Source: Armatimonadota bacterium
GTDB lineage: Bacteria > Sysuimicrobiota > Sysuimicrobiia > Sysuimicrobiales > Humicultoraceae
Direction: 5' to 3'
Assembly: GCA_037443365.1 (NCBI GenBank)
Contig: JBBIOM010000049.1
Location: 1 to 11,679, forward strand
DNA length: 11,679 nucleotides
The notes under the pieces were generated by a model. The model had not been told where the DNA came from. It ran no database searches and worked only from the letters and a program-made list of their open reading frames with translations. The position numbers and the translations under genes are program-made. Within the stretch, counting starts at the first letter, position 1. Each line of letters begins with the position of its first letter. Shown here piece after piece: positions 1 to 8,600 of the stretch.

Positions 1-2
1 TG

Positions 3-311
3 CCGGCGTTCGTGGTGCCGTTCATGTTCACCCTGCACAAGGACGGCATGGGCCTGCTGTTGCAGGCACCCTGGCAGACCGTGGCGTATACCATGATCAC
101 GGCGGCCTTCGGACTGGGTGCCCTGGCCGCGGCGGTGACGGGATGGATGATCCGCCGGGCGACGATCCTGGAACGGGCCGCGCTCGCGGTGGCCGGGTTC
201 GTGCTCATCTACCCGGCGGCGCTCCAGGACGCGATCGCGATTGCCACGGTGCTGGCGATCGGGGCAATCCAGTGGTTCACGCGGGACCGGGCCGAAACAT
301 CAAACGCCTGA
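3..311 (+). CDS. C-terminal fragment of a TRAP transporter fused permease (4TM/12TM, DctM-like); 5' end lies outside the window
   Basis: Frame is open from the window edge (PAFVVPFMF...LLL), followed by several hydrophobic helices and 'LERAALAVAGFVLIYP'. This resembles the C-terminus of TAXI/TRAP fused permeases. TGA stop at 309-311. Confidence 0.7.
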   Translation, partial: PAFVVPFMFTLHKDGMGLLLQAPWQTVAYTMITAAFGLGALAAAVTGWMIRRATILERAALAVAGFVLIYPAALQDAIAIATVLAIGAIQWFTRDRAETSNA

Positions 312-323
312 TGGGTGATCGCA

Positions 324-611
324 ATGGAAGAAGAACGCAAGGACGAATCCCTGCCCGACGCCAAGACCCTGGTGGTCACCTGCCTGAGCCTGCTCGCCTC
401 GCGGGCCTGGCAGGCGATGGGGCTCGTGCCCAACCCGGCCACGAAGCAGATCGAGCGCAAACTCGACGACGCGCAGCTCGCAATTGACGCGGCGGCGGCC
501 CTGGCCGAGGTCATCCGTCCGCACGCGGCGGACGCCGAGCGCCGCGAGATCGAGGCGCTCCTCACCAATCTGAGACTGAACTTCGTAGAACAGAAGGGCA
601 AGGCACCGTAG
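324..611 (+). CDS. DUF1844 domain-containing protein
   Basis: About 95 aa, helical, with the pattern AWQAMGLVPNP...LDDAQLAID...LLTNLRLNFV typical of DUF1844. ATG at 324; GTG at 315 is an alternative start. Confidence 0.75.
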   Translation: MEEERKDESLPDAKTLVVTCLSLLASRAWQAMGLVPNPATKQIERKLDDAQLAIDAAAALAEVIRPHAADAERREIEALLTNLRLNFVEQKGKAP

Positions 612-622
612 GCGCGCGTCCG

Positions 623-1975
623 GTGGAAGACGTATTTCGCTACGTTGACACGCATGCCGAGGCGTTCATCCGCGACCTGCAGCGCCTCTGCCGCCAGAGG
701 TCCATCTCGGCGCAGGGGGTAGGGCTGGAGGAGTGCGCATCGCTGCTCGTGGCGCAGATGCAGGCCAAGGGCATTCCTGCACGCGCCGAACCGGTCCGGG
801 ATGGCCCGCCGCTGGTGGTGGCCGAGATCCCCGGAGACGCCCCGCGCACACTGCTCTTCTACAACCACTACGACGTGCAGCCGCCCGAGCCGCTCGACGC
901 GTGGACCACTGATCCGTTCGGCGCCGAGATCCGCGACGGCGTCCTCTACGCCCGCGGCGCCCAGGACAACAAGGGCAACATCATGGCACGCCTAGCCGCG
1001 GTCGAGGCGTGGCTGCGCGTACGCGGGCGACTTCCGGTCGGCGTCAAGTTCCTGATCGAGGGAGAGGAAGAGATCGGCAGCCCGCACCTGGGCGAGGGGC
1101 TGCGCGAGCGTCCGGATCTTGCGCGGGCCGACGCCTGCATCTGGGAGTCGGGCGCCAAGGACCACCGTGACATCCCGAACATCTACCTGGGGGTCAAGGG
1201 CATCTGCTACGTCGAGCTGGAGGCGCAGGGCGCGAACCGCGACCTTCACTCGGCGGCGGGAGGGACCGTCCCCAACCCCGCGTGGCGGCTCGTCTGGGCG
1301 CTCGGCACGATCAAGGGGCCGGATGAGCACGTGCGCATCCCCGGCTTCTACGACGGCGTGGTCGAGCCCAGCCCTGCCGAGATGGCGCAGCTCGAGCGCA
1401 TAGCCGCGCAGCGCGACGATGACGCGGCCCGCCGCGACCTTGGAATCAAGCTGTTCCTCAAGGGGCTGGGAGGGGTCGAACTCGTCAGGCACCAGCTGTT
1501 CAGACCCACCTGCACGATCTGTGGCCTGACCTCGGGCTACGCGGGAGCGGGCTCGAAGACCGTGCTGCCGCGCCGCGCGAGCGCCAAGGTGGACTTCCGC
1601 CTCGTCCCCGACCAGAAGCCCGAGGAGATAGCAGCCGGGCTGCGCGAGCACCTGCGCCGCGAGGCCTACGGAGACATCACCGTGAGGGCGCTGGGACTCG
1701 AAGCCCCTTACAAGACGCCCTTCGACGCGCCGATCGTGGAGGTGGTGGCCGAGACCGCCGAGGAGGTCTACGGCCAGGTGCCGATCATCCTGCCGACGCA
1801 GGCGGGCACCGGTCCCATGCACACCGTCTGCGGCCGGTTCGGGATGCCTGCGGTGGGGACAGGCGTCGGCCACGCCAGGGGCAGCAACCATGGGCCCGAC
1901 GAGAACATCCGGCTGGCCGACTACGTGCAGGGGATCAAGCACATCGCGCTGGTTCTGGAGCGGTTCTCGGGCTAG
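623..1975 (+). CDS. M20/M25/M40 family metallohydrolase (dipeptidase/ArgE-DapE-like)
   Basis: 450 aa with metal/catalytic motifs YNHYDVQP, RGAQDNKG, EGEEEIGS, WES and NHGPDENI, plus dimerisation-domain DLHS and KTVLP. Confidence 0.92.
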   Translation: MEDVFRYVDTHAEAFIRDLQRLCRQRSISAQGVGLEECASLLVAQMQAKGIPARAEPVRDGPPLVVAEIPGDAPRTLLFYNHYDVQPPEPLDAWTTDPFGAEIRDGVLYARGAQDNKGNIMARLAAVEAWLRVRGRLPVGVKFLIEGEEEIGSPHLGEGLRERPDLARADACIWESGAKDHRDIPNIYLGVKGICYVELEAQGANRDLHSAAGGTVPNPAWRLVWALGTIKGPDEHVRIPGFYDGVVEPSPAEMAQLERIAAQRDDDAARRDLGIKLFLKGLGGVELVRHQLFRPTCTICGLTSGYAGAGSKTVLPRRASAKVDFRLVPDQKPEEIAAGLREHLRREAYGDITVRALGLEAPYKTPFDAPIVEVVAETAEEVYGQVPIILPTQAGTGPMHTVCGRFGMPAVGTGVGHARGSNHGPDENIRLADYVQGIKHIALVLERFSG

Positions 1976-2937
1976 CGGACCCTGCCCCTGCCCTGGCTTT
2001 CCCCGCCCTGTGCGAGGAACTCCTCTGCGCGCTGCCGCGTCGGGATTGGCGCAACCGCGCCCAGCCCGGTGGCCGTGAGGGCGCCCACGGCGTTGGCGAA
2101 GTGCGCGGCGCGAGCCGGGTCGGCGCCGCGCAACCACTCGACAAGGAAGGCCGCGGCGAACGCGTCACCCGCGCCGGTGGCATCCAGAACGTCAACCTTC
2201 CAGGCCGGAACCGACACGGCCGCGCTCTCTCTTGAGACGACCGTGCAGCCGCGCTCTCCCATCTTGACGACCACCAGGCGCGGCCCGGCGTCAACCAGGC
2301 GTCGGGCCACGGACTCGAGCGGCTCGTCCCCGTAGAGGTGCCCCGCGTCCTCGGCGCTCACGAACACGACATCGGCCCGGGGGATGACGCTCTCCGCCGC
2401 CTCACGCGCGGTGAGGGTCGGCCACAGCCTGGGCCGGACGTTGACGTCGTAGCTCACAAGCGTGCCGCCGGCCCTGGCACGGTCGATCGCCGCATCGACC
2501 GCGGCGCGGCTCGATTCCGAGATGGCCTGGGAGATCCCGCTCGTGTGGAAGATCCTGGCCCCGGCCAGATACCCTGAATCCACGTCCTCTGGACAGAGAC
2601 GGCTGGCGGCCGACCCGGCGCGGTAGTAGGTGAAGTCGTGCCCGCCTTCCTCCCGTAGGGAGATGAAGTAGACCGCGGTGTACCCCTCGGGCTCGACCAC
2701 GACGCGCGAGGTGTCCACGCCCTCCCGGAGCCACAGGCCGAGAAACGCCCTGCCGAACTCATCGCCGCCGACCCGCGTCAGGTAGCCCGCCGAGGCGCCC
2801 AGCCGCGCGGCGGCCACGATGAAGTTGGATGTGTCGCCGCCGAAGCCGCGGCGGAAGGCGGTCACGTCGCCGAGCCTGCCGCGCTCCTCGGCCGCGAACT
2901 CGACCATCGGCTCGCCCAGGGAGACTACCTCCGGCAA
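1972..2937 (-). CDS. PfkB family sugar kinase (2-keto-3-deoxygluconate kinase-like)
   Basis: Motifs GEPMVEF, FGGDTSN, VGGDEFG, YYRAGSAA, HTSGI, DVNVRPRLW and DATGAGDAF. TTG at 2937 lies 6 nt after GGAGGTG; the ORF-track start GTG 2946 overlaps that RBS. Confidence 0.9.
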   Translation of the reverse strand: MPEVVSLGEPMVEFAAEERGRLGDVTAFRRGFGGDTSNFIVAAARLGASAGYLTRVGGDEFGRAFLGLWLREGVDTSRVVVEPEGYTAVYFISLREEGGHDFTYYRAGSAASRLCPEDVDSGYLAGARIFHTSGISQAISESSRAAVDAAIDRARAGGTLVSYDVNVRPRLWPTLTAREAAESVIPRADVVFVSAEDAGHLYGDEPLESVARRLVDAGPRLVVVKMGERGCTVVSRESAAVSVPAWKVDVLDATGAGDAFAAAFLVEWLRGADPARAAHFANAVGALTATGLGAVAPIPTRQRAEEFLAQGGESQGRGRVR

Positions 2938-2955
2938 ACTATCCACCTCCTGGCG

Positions 2956-3768
2956 CTAGGTTTGCCCCACCAGGGCCTCGCTTCCGGCCCAACCCAGCGC
3001 GTGCGAGATCCTCACAGCCGCCTTCCGCACGCGCGGGCCCAGCTCGCGTCTGATCCGCTCGAGCGTGACGTTCTTCGTGGAACCGGACAGGCTGATGGCG
3101 CCTGCCACCGCGCCCCGATGGTCGAAGATCGGGGCGCCCACGCAGCGGATGCCCTCCTCGTTCTCCACGTTGTCGATGGCGTATCCCCGCGCACGCGTCG
3201 CGGCCAGCTCGGCCATCAACCGGTCGGGATCCGTGATCGTCCTGGGTGTCCGGCGGGGCATGCCAACCGCGAGGAGGATTCCCCTCACACTCTCGAGAGG
3301 CATGGAGGCCAGCATCGCCTTGCCCAGAGAAGTGCAGTGGGCAGGCATGATCCTGCCGATGGCGGAGGCCATGCGAAACGGCCCGGGCGGCTCGGCCTTC
3401 TCGATGTAGACGACCTGCCCCTGCTCGAGGACTCCCACATGCACGGTCAACCCCGTATCATCGCGCAGGTCCAGCACGTGCGGCCTGCTGGCGGCGCGCA
3501 GCTCTGTCTGCTCGAGCCGCTGCGCGGCGAGCCAGAGTATGCGCGACCCGATCACGAACCCACCGTCGGTCGCCGCCACCGCGCCGTGGGAGCCCAGTGT
3601 ACCGAGCAGGCGGTAGACGGTGGGCCTGGGCAGCGATACCAGCGCGCCGATCTCCTTCACCGAGAGGGGACGGCCTGCGCGACCCATCGCCTCGAGTATC
3701 GCCATCGCGCGCTCAACCGCCTGAACCGAACCGCGCGCCATCGTGTCGCTGCTGCCGTCGCGCGTCAT
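2956..3768 (-). CDS. IclR family transcriptional regulator
   Basis: N-terminal HTH (VQAVERAMAILE...LPRPTVYRLLGTL) and effector-domain signatures HCTSLGKAMLA and GYAIDNVENEEGIRCVGAPIF. ATG 3741 is an alternative start. Confidence 0.95.
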   Translation of the reverse strand: MTRDGSSDTMARGSVQAVERAMAILEAMGRAGRPLSVKEIGALVSLPRPTVYRLLGTLGSHGAVAATDGGFVIGSRILWLAAQRLEQTELRAASRPHVLDLRDDTGLTVHVGVLEQGQVVYIEKAEPPGPFRMASAIGRIMPAHCTSLGKAMLASMPLESVRGILLAVGMPRRTPRTITDPDRLMAELAATRARGYAIDNVENEEGIRCVGAPIFDHRGAVAGAISLSGSTKNVTLERIRRELGPRVRKAAVRISHALGWAGSEALVGQT

Positions 3769-3772
3769 CGAG

Positions 3773-4831
3773 TCAGCCTCGCAGCGGCCGCGGCGCGTCC
3801 ACGCCGACCTCGGCGGCGAGGCGCTCGGTCGCCTCGATCACGTGGTCTGGGAGAGGAATGCCGTCCCGCAAGTACTCCAGCGTCCTCTCATGCTCTATCT
3901 CACCGGGCAGGTAAACCCTGTCGTGCCCCCGGGCAGGAGGCAGGGACCTGATCTCCCTCGTCAGCGCGTCAACGCGCCTGGCGAACTCCACCTTCGGCCC
4001 GAAGGCCTCGACCGAGAGCGCCAGCATGAGATGGCCGGCGCCCTGCGGCCGGTCGAGCTGCTCGTAGAGAGGCGCGATCGCGGGTCCAGAGAGGGCACCG
4101 GTCAGCAGCCCCGCGAGCACATCAATCATGAGGGATATCCCTGAGCCCTTGGGCCCTCCAAACGGCAGCAGCGCTCCGCGAAGAGCCGATGCGGGATCGG
4201 TCGTGGATCGGCCCTCAATGTCGAGCGCCCACCCGGGCTCTATCTGCTCGCCGCGCGCCGCCGCGGCCTGGATCCGGCTGTGGGGGACGACGCTGGTGGC
4301 CATGTCCAGGACCAGCGGCGGCTCCTCCCCTGCCGGGATGGCGATCGCCATCGGGTTGGTGCCGAGATACTTGGTGCGGGCGCCCCAGGGAGCGACCTGG
4401 GAGTCGGCGTTGCTGATGGCCGCACCGACCATTCCACGGGCCACCGCGCGCATCGCCGGCCAGGCCAGCATGCCGCAGTGGTTGCTGTTGCGGACGCCCA
4501 CGAATCCAGCGCCGTGGGAGGACGCGCGCTCCACGGCGATGTCCATCGCCCTGGCCGCCATCGCGATGCCAAACCCTGCCCCCGCGTCCACCACGGCCAC
4601 AGGGCCGGCGTCGCGCACAACCGCGAGCGAGGCGCTGGGGTCTATCGAGCCGGCGCGAAGCCGTGTGACGTAGATCCCGGCACGCAGCACGCCGTGCGTG
4701 TGCACGCCGCGGAGGTCGGCGGCAACCAGGCCCTCGCTGACGAGCGCCGCGTCCTCGGGGCGCGCGCCTTCATGTCCGAGCGCAGAAGTCACGAACTCGC
4801 GCAGTGTTGATGCGGCGTAGCGTCTGTTCAT
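3773..4831 (-). CDS. Ldh_2 family NAD(P)-dependent oxidoreductase (AllD/ComC/DlgD-like)
   Basis: Motifs ADLRGVHTHGVLR, SNHCG, GTNPMAIAIP, LDMATS, GGPKGSG and YLPGE; 352 aa. Confidence 0.92.
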   Translation of the reverse strand: MNRRYAASTLREFVTSALGHEGARPEDAALVSEGLVAADLRGVHTHGVLRAGIYVTRLRAGSIDPSASLAVVRDAGPVAVVDAGAGFGIAMAARAMDIAVERASSHGAGFVGVRNSNHCGMLAWPAMRAVARGMVGAAISNADSQVAPWGARTKYLGTNPMAIAIPAGEEPPLVLDMATSVVPHSRIQAAAARGEQIEPGWALDIEGRSTTDPASALRGALLPFGGPKGSGISLMIDVLAGLLTGALSGPAIAPLYEQLDRPQGAGHLMLALSVEAFGPKVEFARRVDALTREIRSLPPARGHDRVYLPGEIEHERTLEYLRDGIPLPDHVIEATERLAAEVGVDAPRPLRG

Positions 4832-4857
4832 GCTGTCCGTTTCCCCCCTACCTCTCC

Positions 4858-4881
4858 GCGCCGGCGCAGGCGCGCCGGCGC
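4858..4881. repeat. Intergenic GC-rich inverted repeat (10-bp stem, 4-nt loop)
   Basis: GCGCCGGCGC-AGGC-GCGCCGGCGC between the SDR stop and the Ldh_2 start. Each arm is itself palindromic. No U-tract. Confidence 0.6.
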
Positions 4882-4885
4882 TGCA

Positions 4886-5632
4886 TCAATCCATCCATGC
4901 CCCGCCGTTCACGTCCAGGGTCTCCCCGGTAATAAACCCGGCCTCGTCCGACGCGAGGAAGGCCACGGCAGCGGCCACCTCGTCGGCCGTGCCCAGCCGG
5001 CCCAGGGGGATCCCTGCCAGGATTGCCGCGCGCTTCTCTGCCGACCACTCGGCGCTCATCTCGGTCTCGATGGCGTGCGGGGCCACGGCGTTAACGGTTA
5101 TCCCGAACGGGGCCAGCTGGCGGGCGAGAGACTGCGTGAGCGCGATCACACCTGCCTTTGAAGGCCCATACCCGGGCGCGGACGTGATATCGCCCATCTT
5201 TCCCGCGATGGAGGTGATGTTGATGATCCTCCCCCATCCGGCCTCCCGGAGGAGTGGGGTCGCGGCCTTGCAGCAGTAGAAGGTGCCCGTCAGGTTGACG
5301 GCGATCACGCGGTGCCAGTCGTCGAGGCTCATCGACTCGAGATCGCCCCTGCGGATGATGCCCGCGTTGTTGACCAGGATCTCGAGGCCGCCGAAGGTGG
5401 AACGCGCTGCCTCGACCGTGCGCACCACGGCGTCCCAGTCTGACACGTCGGTGGCCGCTGCGGCCGCGCGAGGACCGATCCGCCTGATCTCATCCGCTAC
5501 GGACGAGGCCGCATCTCCGTCCACGTCGCACGCGAGCACCAGGGCGCCCTCGGAAGCGATGCGCATCGCGATGGCACGGCCGATCCCCCTGCCCGCGCCG
5601 GTGACGATTGCCTTGCGTCCCTGCAACCTCAC
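4886..5632 (-). CDS. Classical SDR family oxidoreductase (FabG-like, probably NAD-preferring)
   Basis: Motifs TGAGRGIG, Asp after beta-2 (LACD), NNAG, catalytic S...YGPSK and TGETLDVNGG. GTG start at 5632 overlaps the upstream TGA (GTGA) and follows GGGAGG. 248 aa. Confidence 0.92.
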   Translation of the reverse strand: MRLQGRKAIVTGAGRGIGRAIAMRIASEGALVLACDVDGDAASSVADEIRRIGPRAAAAATDVSDWDAVVRTVEAARSTFGGLEILVNNAGIIRRGDLESMSLDDWHRVIAVNLTGTFYCCKAATPLLREAGWGRIINITSIAGKMGDITSAPGYGPSKAGVIALTQSLARQLAPFGITVNAVAPHAIETEMSAEWSAEKRAAILAGIPLGRLGTADEVAAAVAFLASDEAGFITGETLDVNGGAWMD

Positions 5633-6687
5633 GACGGCCCCTCCCCGCGCGCCCCCGGCAGGAGCAGGGCCTTGACCGCGCGCCCCGCCTCTTGAGCCTG
5701 AAAGGCATCGTGCCAGCGCTCGAGCGGAGACTCCATTGAGATCAGCGGCCGCGCCCTGACGCGGCCCGAGTCCAGCAGCCGGAGCGCGGTGATCCAGCTG
5801 GTGTGCCGGCTGCTGAACGAGAACTGCACCTCCAGGCCTCGGAACACGGCCGCGTCCCACGGGAACTGCACGGCGGGCCGGCCCGTAACCCCCAGCACGC
5901 AGATCCTGCCGAGCCTGCGCACGAGGCGGGGCAGCAGTTCCACTGCCGTGGGAGCGCCGGAGGTCTCGATGGCAAGGTCGGCGCCAATGCCGCCCGTTAC
6001 GGCCATCACCCGTTCCACGAGGTCCTCCTCGGCAACGTTGACGACGAGGTCCGCTCCGGTCGCCGTCGCGACGGGGAGGCGCAGAGGCAGGTCTGCCGGC
6101 GCACCGCCGACCACGATCGGCCCCGCGCCCGAGGCCCGCGCCACCTGCAGACAGAGCAGGCCGATCGGCCCAGGCCCTGTGATCACCACCGTCTCGCCGG
6201 CGCGCACGCCCGCGCGCTCCATCACCGCGTGCACGGCGATGGCCGTCGGTTCGGCGAGCGCGGCCTCTTGCATGCTCAGCCCGCCCGGCATCCTGTGGAG
6301 CAACCCCGCGGGCATGACCACGTATTCGGCGAAGGCGCCGTTCTTGCCGATCCCAGGGGCCCGCTTGTCCGGGCAGATGTGCCGGTTGCCGCTCCGGCAG
6401 AGGAAGCAATCGCCGCAGCTCCCGGTGCTGGTCTCGGAAACCACGCGGTCCCCGACGGCGTATCCCGTCACTCCTTCCCCTAGCGCGCTGATGGTCCCTG
6501 AGAACTCGTGTCCGAGCACCACCGGCGGCCAGTATGGATGAGCGTCGCGCCAGATGTGGAGGTCACTTCCGCAGATGGCCGCGGCGCCGACTTCGATCTT
6601 CACCTCGCCTGGCCCAGGCCACGGCTCCTCCACCTCACGCAGTTCCACGAGCCCCTTACCGCGCCCGACCTTCACGACACCAAGCAT
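5629..6687 (-). CDS. Zn-dependent alcohol/polyol dehydrogenase (MDR, sorbitol/threonine dehydrogenase-like)
   Basis: Catalytic Zn ligands ICGSDLH and GHE, structural Zn site CGDCFLCRSGNRHIC, EP, and Rossmann GPGPIG. ATG at 6687 follows GGAGG. 352 aa. Confidence 0.93.
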   Translation of the reverse strand: MLGVVKVGRGKGLVELREVEEPWPGPGEVKIEVGAAAICGSDLHIWRDAHPYWPPVVLGHEFSGTISALGEGVTGYAVGDRVVSETSTGSCGDCFLCRSGNRHICPDKRAPGIGKNGAFAEYVVMPAGLLHRMPGGLSMQEAALAEPTAIAVHAVMERAGVRAGETVVITGPGPIGLLCLQVARASGAGPIVVGGAPADLPLRLPVATATGADLVVNVAEEDLVERVMAVTGGIGADLAIETSGAPTAVELLPRLVRRLGRICVLGVTGRPAVQFPWDAAVFRGLEVQFSFSSRHTSWITALRLLDSGRVRARPLISMESPLERWHDAFQAQEAGRAVKALLLPGARGEGPS

Positions 6688-6707
6688 ATTCAAACCCTCC
6701 GCGATCC

Positions 6708-7562
6708 TTACTGCTTCACAGCGCCCGCGGTCAGCCCGGTCACAAGCCACTGCTGCATCAGCAGGTAGAGGACGATCCCGGGAAACCCTCCGAGCAGCGC
6801 GCCCGCCATCAGCTCGGGCCAGGCGACGTAGAACTCCTGCACGGTCCGCGCGATCGCCAGTGTCACCGTCACCATTCCCTCGCTGTGCGTCAGCGTCGCC
6901 ACCCAGAGCAGGTCTCCCCAGGCGAGCAGGAAGGCGAAGAGCATCGTGGCCACGATCCCCGGCCGCACCAGCGGCAGGACTATCCTGAAGAAGATGGCGA
7001 ACCTGCCGCACCCATCCACCGTCGCGGCCTCGTCGAGCTCGGTGGGAATCCCATCTATGAAGCCCTTGAGCATCCAGGTGGCAAACGGCAGGCAGATCGT
7101 CAGGAAGGCAATTATCAACCCCGTGCGAGTGTCGTAGAGGCCCACCTCGGAGAGGATCCGGAAGTAGGGCCCCACCACCAGGACCCCTGGCAGCATCTGC
7201 GTCGTGAGCACGAAGCCCATCAGGAACCCTCGACCGCGCAGCGCGAAGCGCGAGAAGCCGTAGCCCGCCATCGCCCCCAGCAGCGTGGAGATCAAAGCCG
7301 TGGTCAGGGACACTATCGTGCTGTTGAGGAAGTAGGTCGCGTAGTTCTTCCTCACCCACATCGTCGTGTAGGCCTCGATCGTGGCGCGCTCCGGCAGCCA
7401 TATCACCGGGATGCGCAGCGCCTCGGTCTCGGTCTTGAGCGATGTCAGTATCATCCAGAGGAACGGGAAGAAGACAAAGACGCCCACCAGGGCGGCGAAG
7501 ACGTACACGCCCGAGAGCACCAGCCGCGAGCGGCTGTACAGGATGGGTGAGTCGGTCATCAC
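6708..7562 (-). CDS. Carbohydrate ABC transporter permease (MalG/UgpE-like)
   Basis: Motifs PFLWMILTSLK, YFLNS and the EAA loop IPTELDEAATVDGC; multiple TM segments. Start is GTG 7562 or ATG 7559. Confidence 0.93.
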   Translation of the reverse strand: MMTDSPILYSRSRLVLSGVYVFAALVGVFVFFPFLWMILTSLKTETEALRIPVIWLPERATIEAYTTMWVRKNYATYFLNSTIVSLTTALISTLLGAMAGYGFSRFALRGRGFLMGFVLTTQMLPGVLVVGPYFRILSEVGLYDTRTGLIIAFLTICLPFATWMLKGFIDGIPTELDEAATVDGCGRFAIFFRIVLPLVRPGIVATMLFAFLLAWGDLLWVATLTHSEGMVTVTLAIARTVQEFYVAWPELMAGALLGGFPGIVLYLLMQQWLVTGLTAGAVKQ

Positions 7563-7613
7563 ACTCGATACCCCGTGCCTTCTTGCCTCGCGGTTCCCGC
7601 ACCCGGGCCCCCG

Positions 7614-8495
7614 CTACTCCTGCCGGACGATCATCCTCACGTACGGAATCGACACCAGGAGCAGCAGCCCTGTCATCGCGATCGCCATCGCTGAGGCGTA
7701 CTCGAACTTGAAGAACTGGAAGTACTGCTTGAACACCTGCGTGGAGAGGACCTCGGTCAGCGTGCCGGGTCCCCCACCGGTCATCGCCTGCACGAGCCCG
7801 AACCGGCGGGTCTCCCAGATCGTGTCGAGCGCCAGGGCCACGATCATGACCCGTCGCAGCCCGGGCAGCGTCACAAACCTGAACCGCTTGACCGTCCCTG
7901 CCCCGTCTATGGCGGCCGCCTCGTAGAGCTCGGTGGGAATGCTCTGCAGCCCCGCGAGGAAGATGATCATGACGAAGGGGAACCCGCGCCAGACGTTCGC
8001 GAGTATGACGCTCGGCATCACAAGACGGGGGTCAGTCAGCCACTCCATGGGGGTGGCGATAACCCCGGTGCGCAGCAGCGCGTCGTTCAGCACCCCGTAA
8101 AGAGGATTGAGTACCCACTTCCACACAATGCCCGCCACGACGTCGGGCACTACCCAGGGCAGTAGGGCCAGTATGCGAAAGGCCGTCCTGCCCCACAGCG
8201 GCCGGTTCAGCGCAAGCGCCACGCCGAGCCCGAGCACCATGTGCAGCGCGACGCTGGCGGCCACGAAGAGGGCGGTCTGCCACACCACTTGATGAAACAG
8301 GCCGTCGCGGAAGAGCGTGAGGTACTGGACGAGTGTGAGGCCCGCTCCCTGCGCTCCGCGCGGGCTGAGACTGAATCGCAGGCTGTGGTAGGCGGGGTAC
8401 GCCAGAACCGTCACCAGCAGCAGCAGGGCAGGGGCTACAAATACATAGCCCATGTGACGGTCGCGCAGTCGGGGGAACCTGAACCGAGGCTTCAC
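7614..8495 (-). CDS. Carbohydrate ABC transporter permease (MalF/UgpA-like)
   Basis: Motifs WRGFPF...LAGLQSIPTELYEAAAIDGA (EAA loop), MTGGGPG and YASAMA. Confidence 0.93.
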   Translation of the reverse strand: MKPRFRFPRLRDRHMGYVFVAPALLLLVTVLAYPAYHSLRFSLSPRGAQGAGLTLVQYLTLFRDGLFHQVVWQTALFVAASVALHMVLGLGVALALNRPLWGRTAFRILALLPWVVPDVVAGIVWKWVLNPLYGVLNDALLRTGVIATPMEWLTDPRLVMPSVILANVWRGFPFVMIIFLAGLQSIPTELYEAAAIDGAGTVKRFRFVTLPGLRRVMIVALALDTIWETRRFGLVQAMTGGGPGTLTEVLSTQVFKQYFQFFKFEYASAMAIAMTGLLLLVSIPYVRMIVRQE

Positions 8496-8530
8496 CTTTT
8501 CGCCCTTCGGTGGTCGCAGCAGGCCGGGAA

Positions 8531-8561
8531 CCCGGGGGGCTCGTGCCGCCGGCCCCCCGGG
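8531..8561. repeat. Intergenic stem-loop between the SBP and the first permease
   Basis: CCCGGGGGGC (8531-8540) is the reverse complement of GCCCCCCGGG (8552-8561); 11-nt loop; no U-tract. Confidence 0.65.
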
Positions 8562-8600
8562 GTGACACAGGTCCTTGGTTCTGCGGCCTTGCGCTTCTTC

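Noticed and set aside
1972..5632. Assigning the gene symbols kdgK, kdgR, allD/comC or fabG
   Set aside because: The motifs support family-level calls only. Orthology and substrate cannot be established without searches.
4886..6409. 507-aa ORF suggesting an extended SDR or a frameshift fusion with the MDR
   Set aside because: The upstream part is a shadow frame of the MDR gene. The SDR has its own RBS and GTGA-coupled start at 5632, and no slippery site was seen.
5629..7602. 657-aa ORF suggesting a large N-terminal extension or fusion on the Zn-dehydrogenase
   Set aside because: The extension is an off-frame reading of the permease gene (Arg/Gly/Ala-rich, no domain). A good RBS and ATG at 6687 mark the real start.
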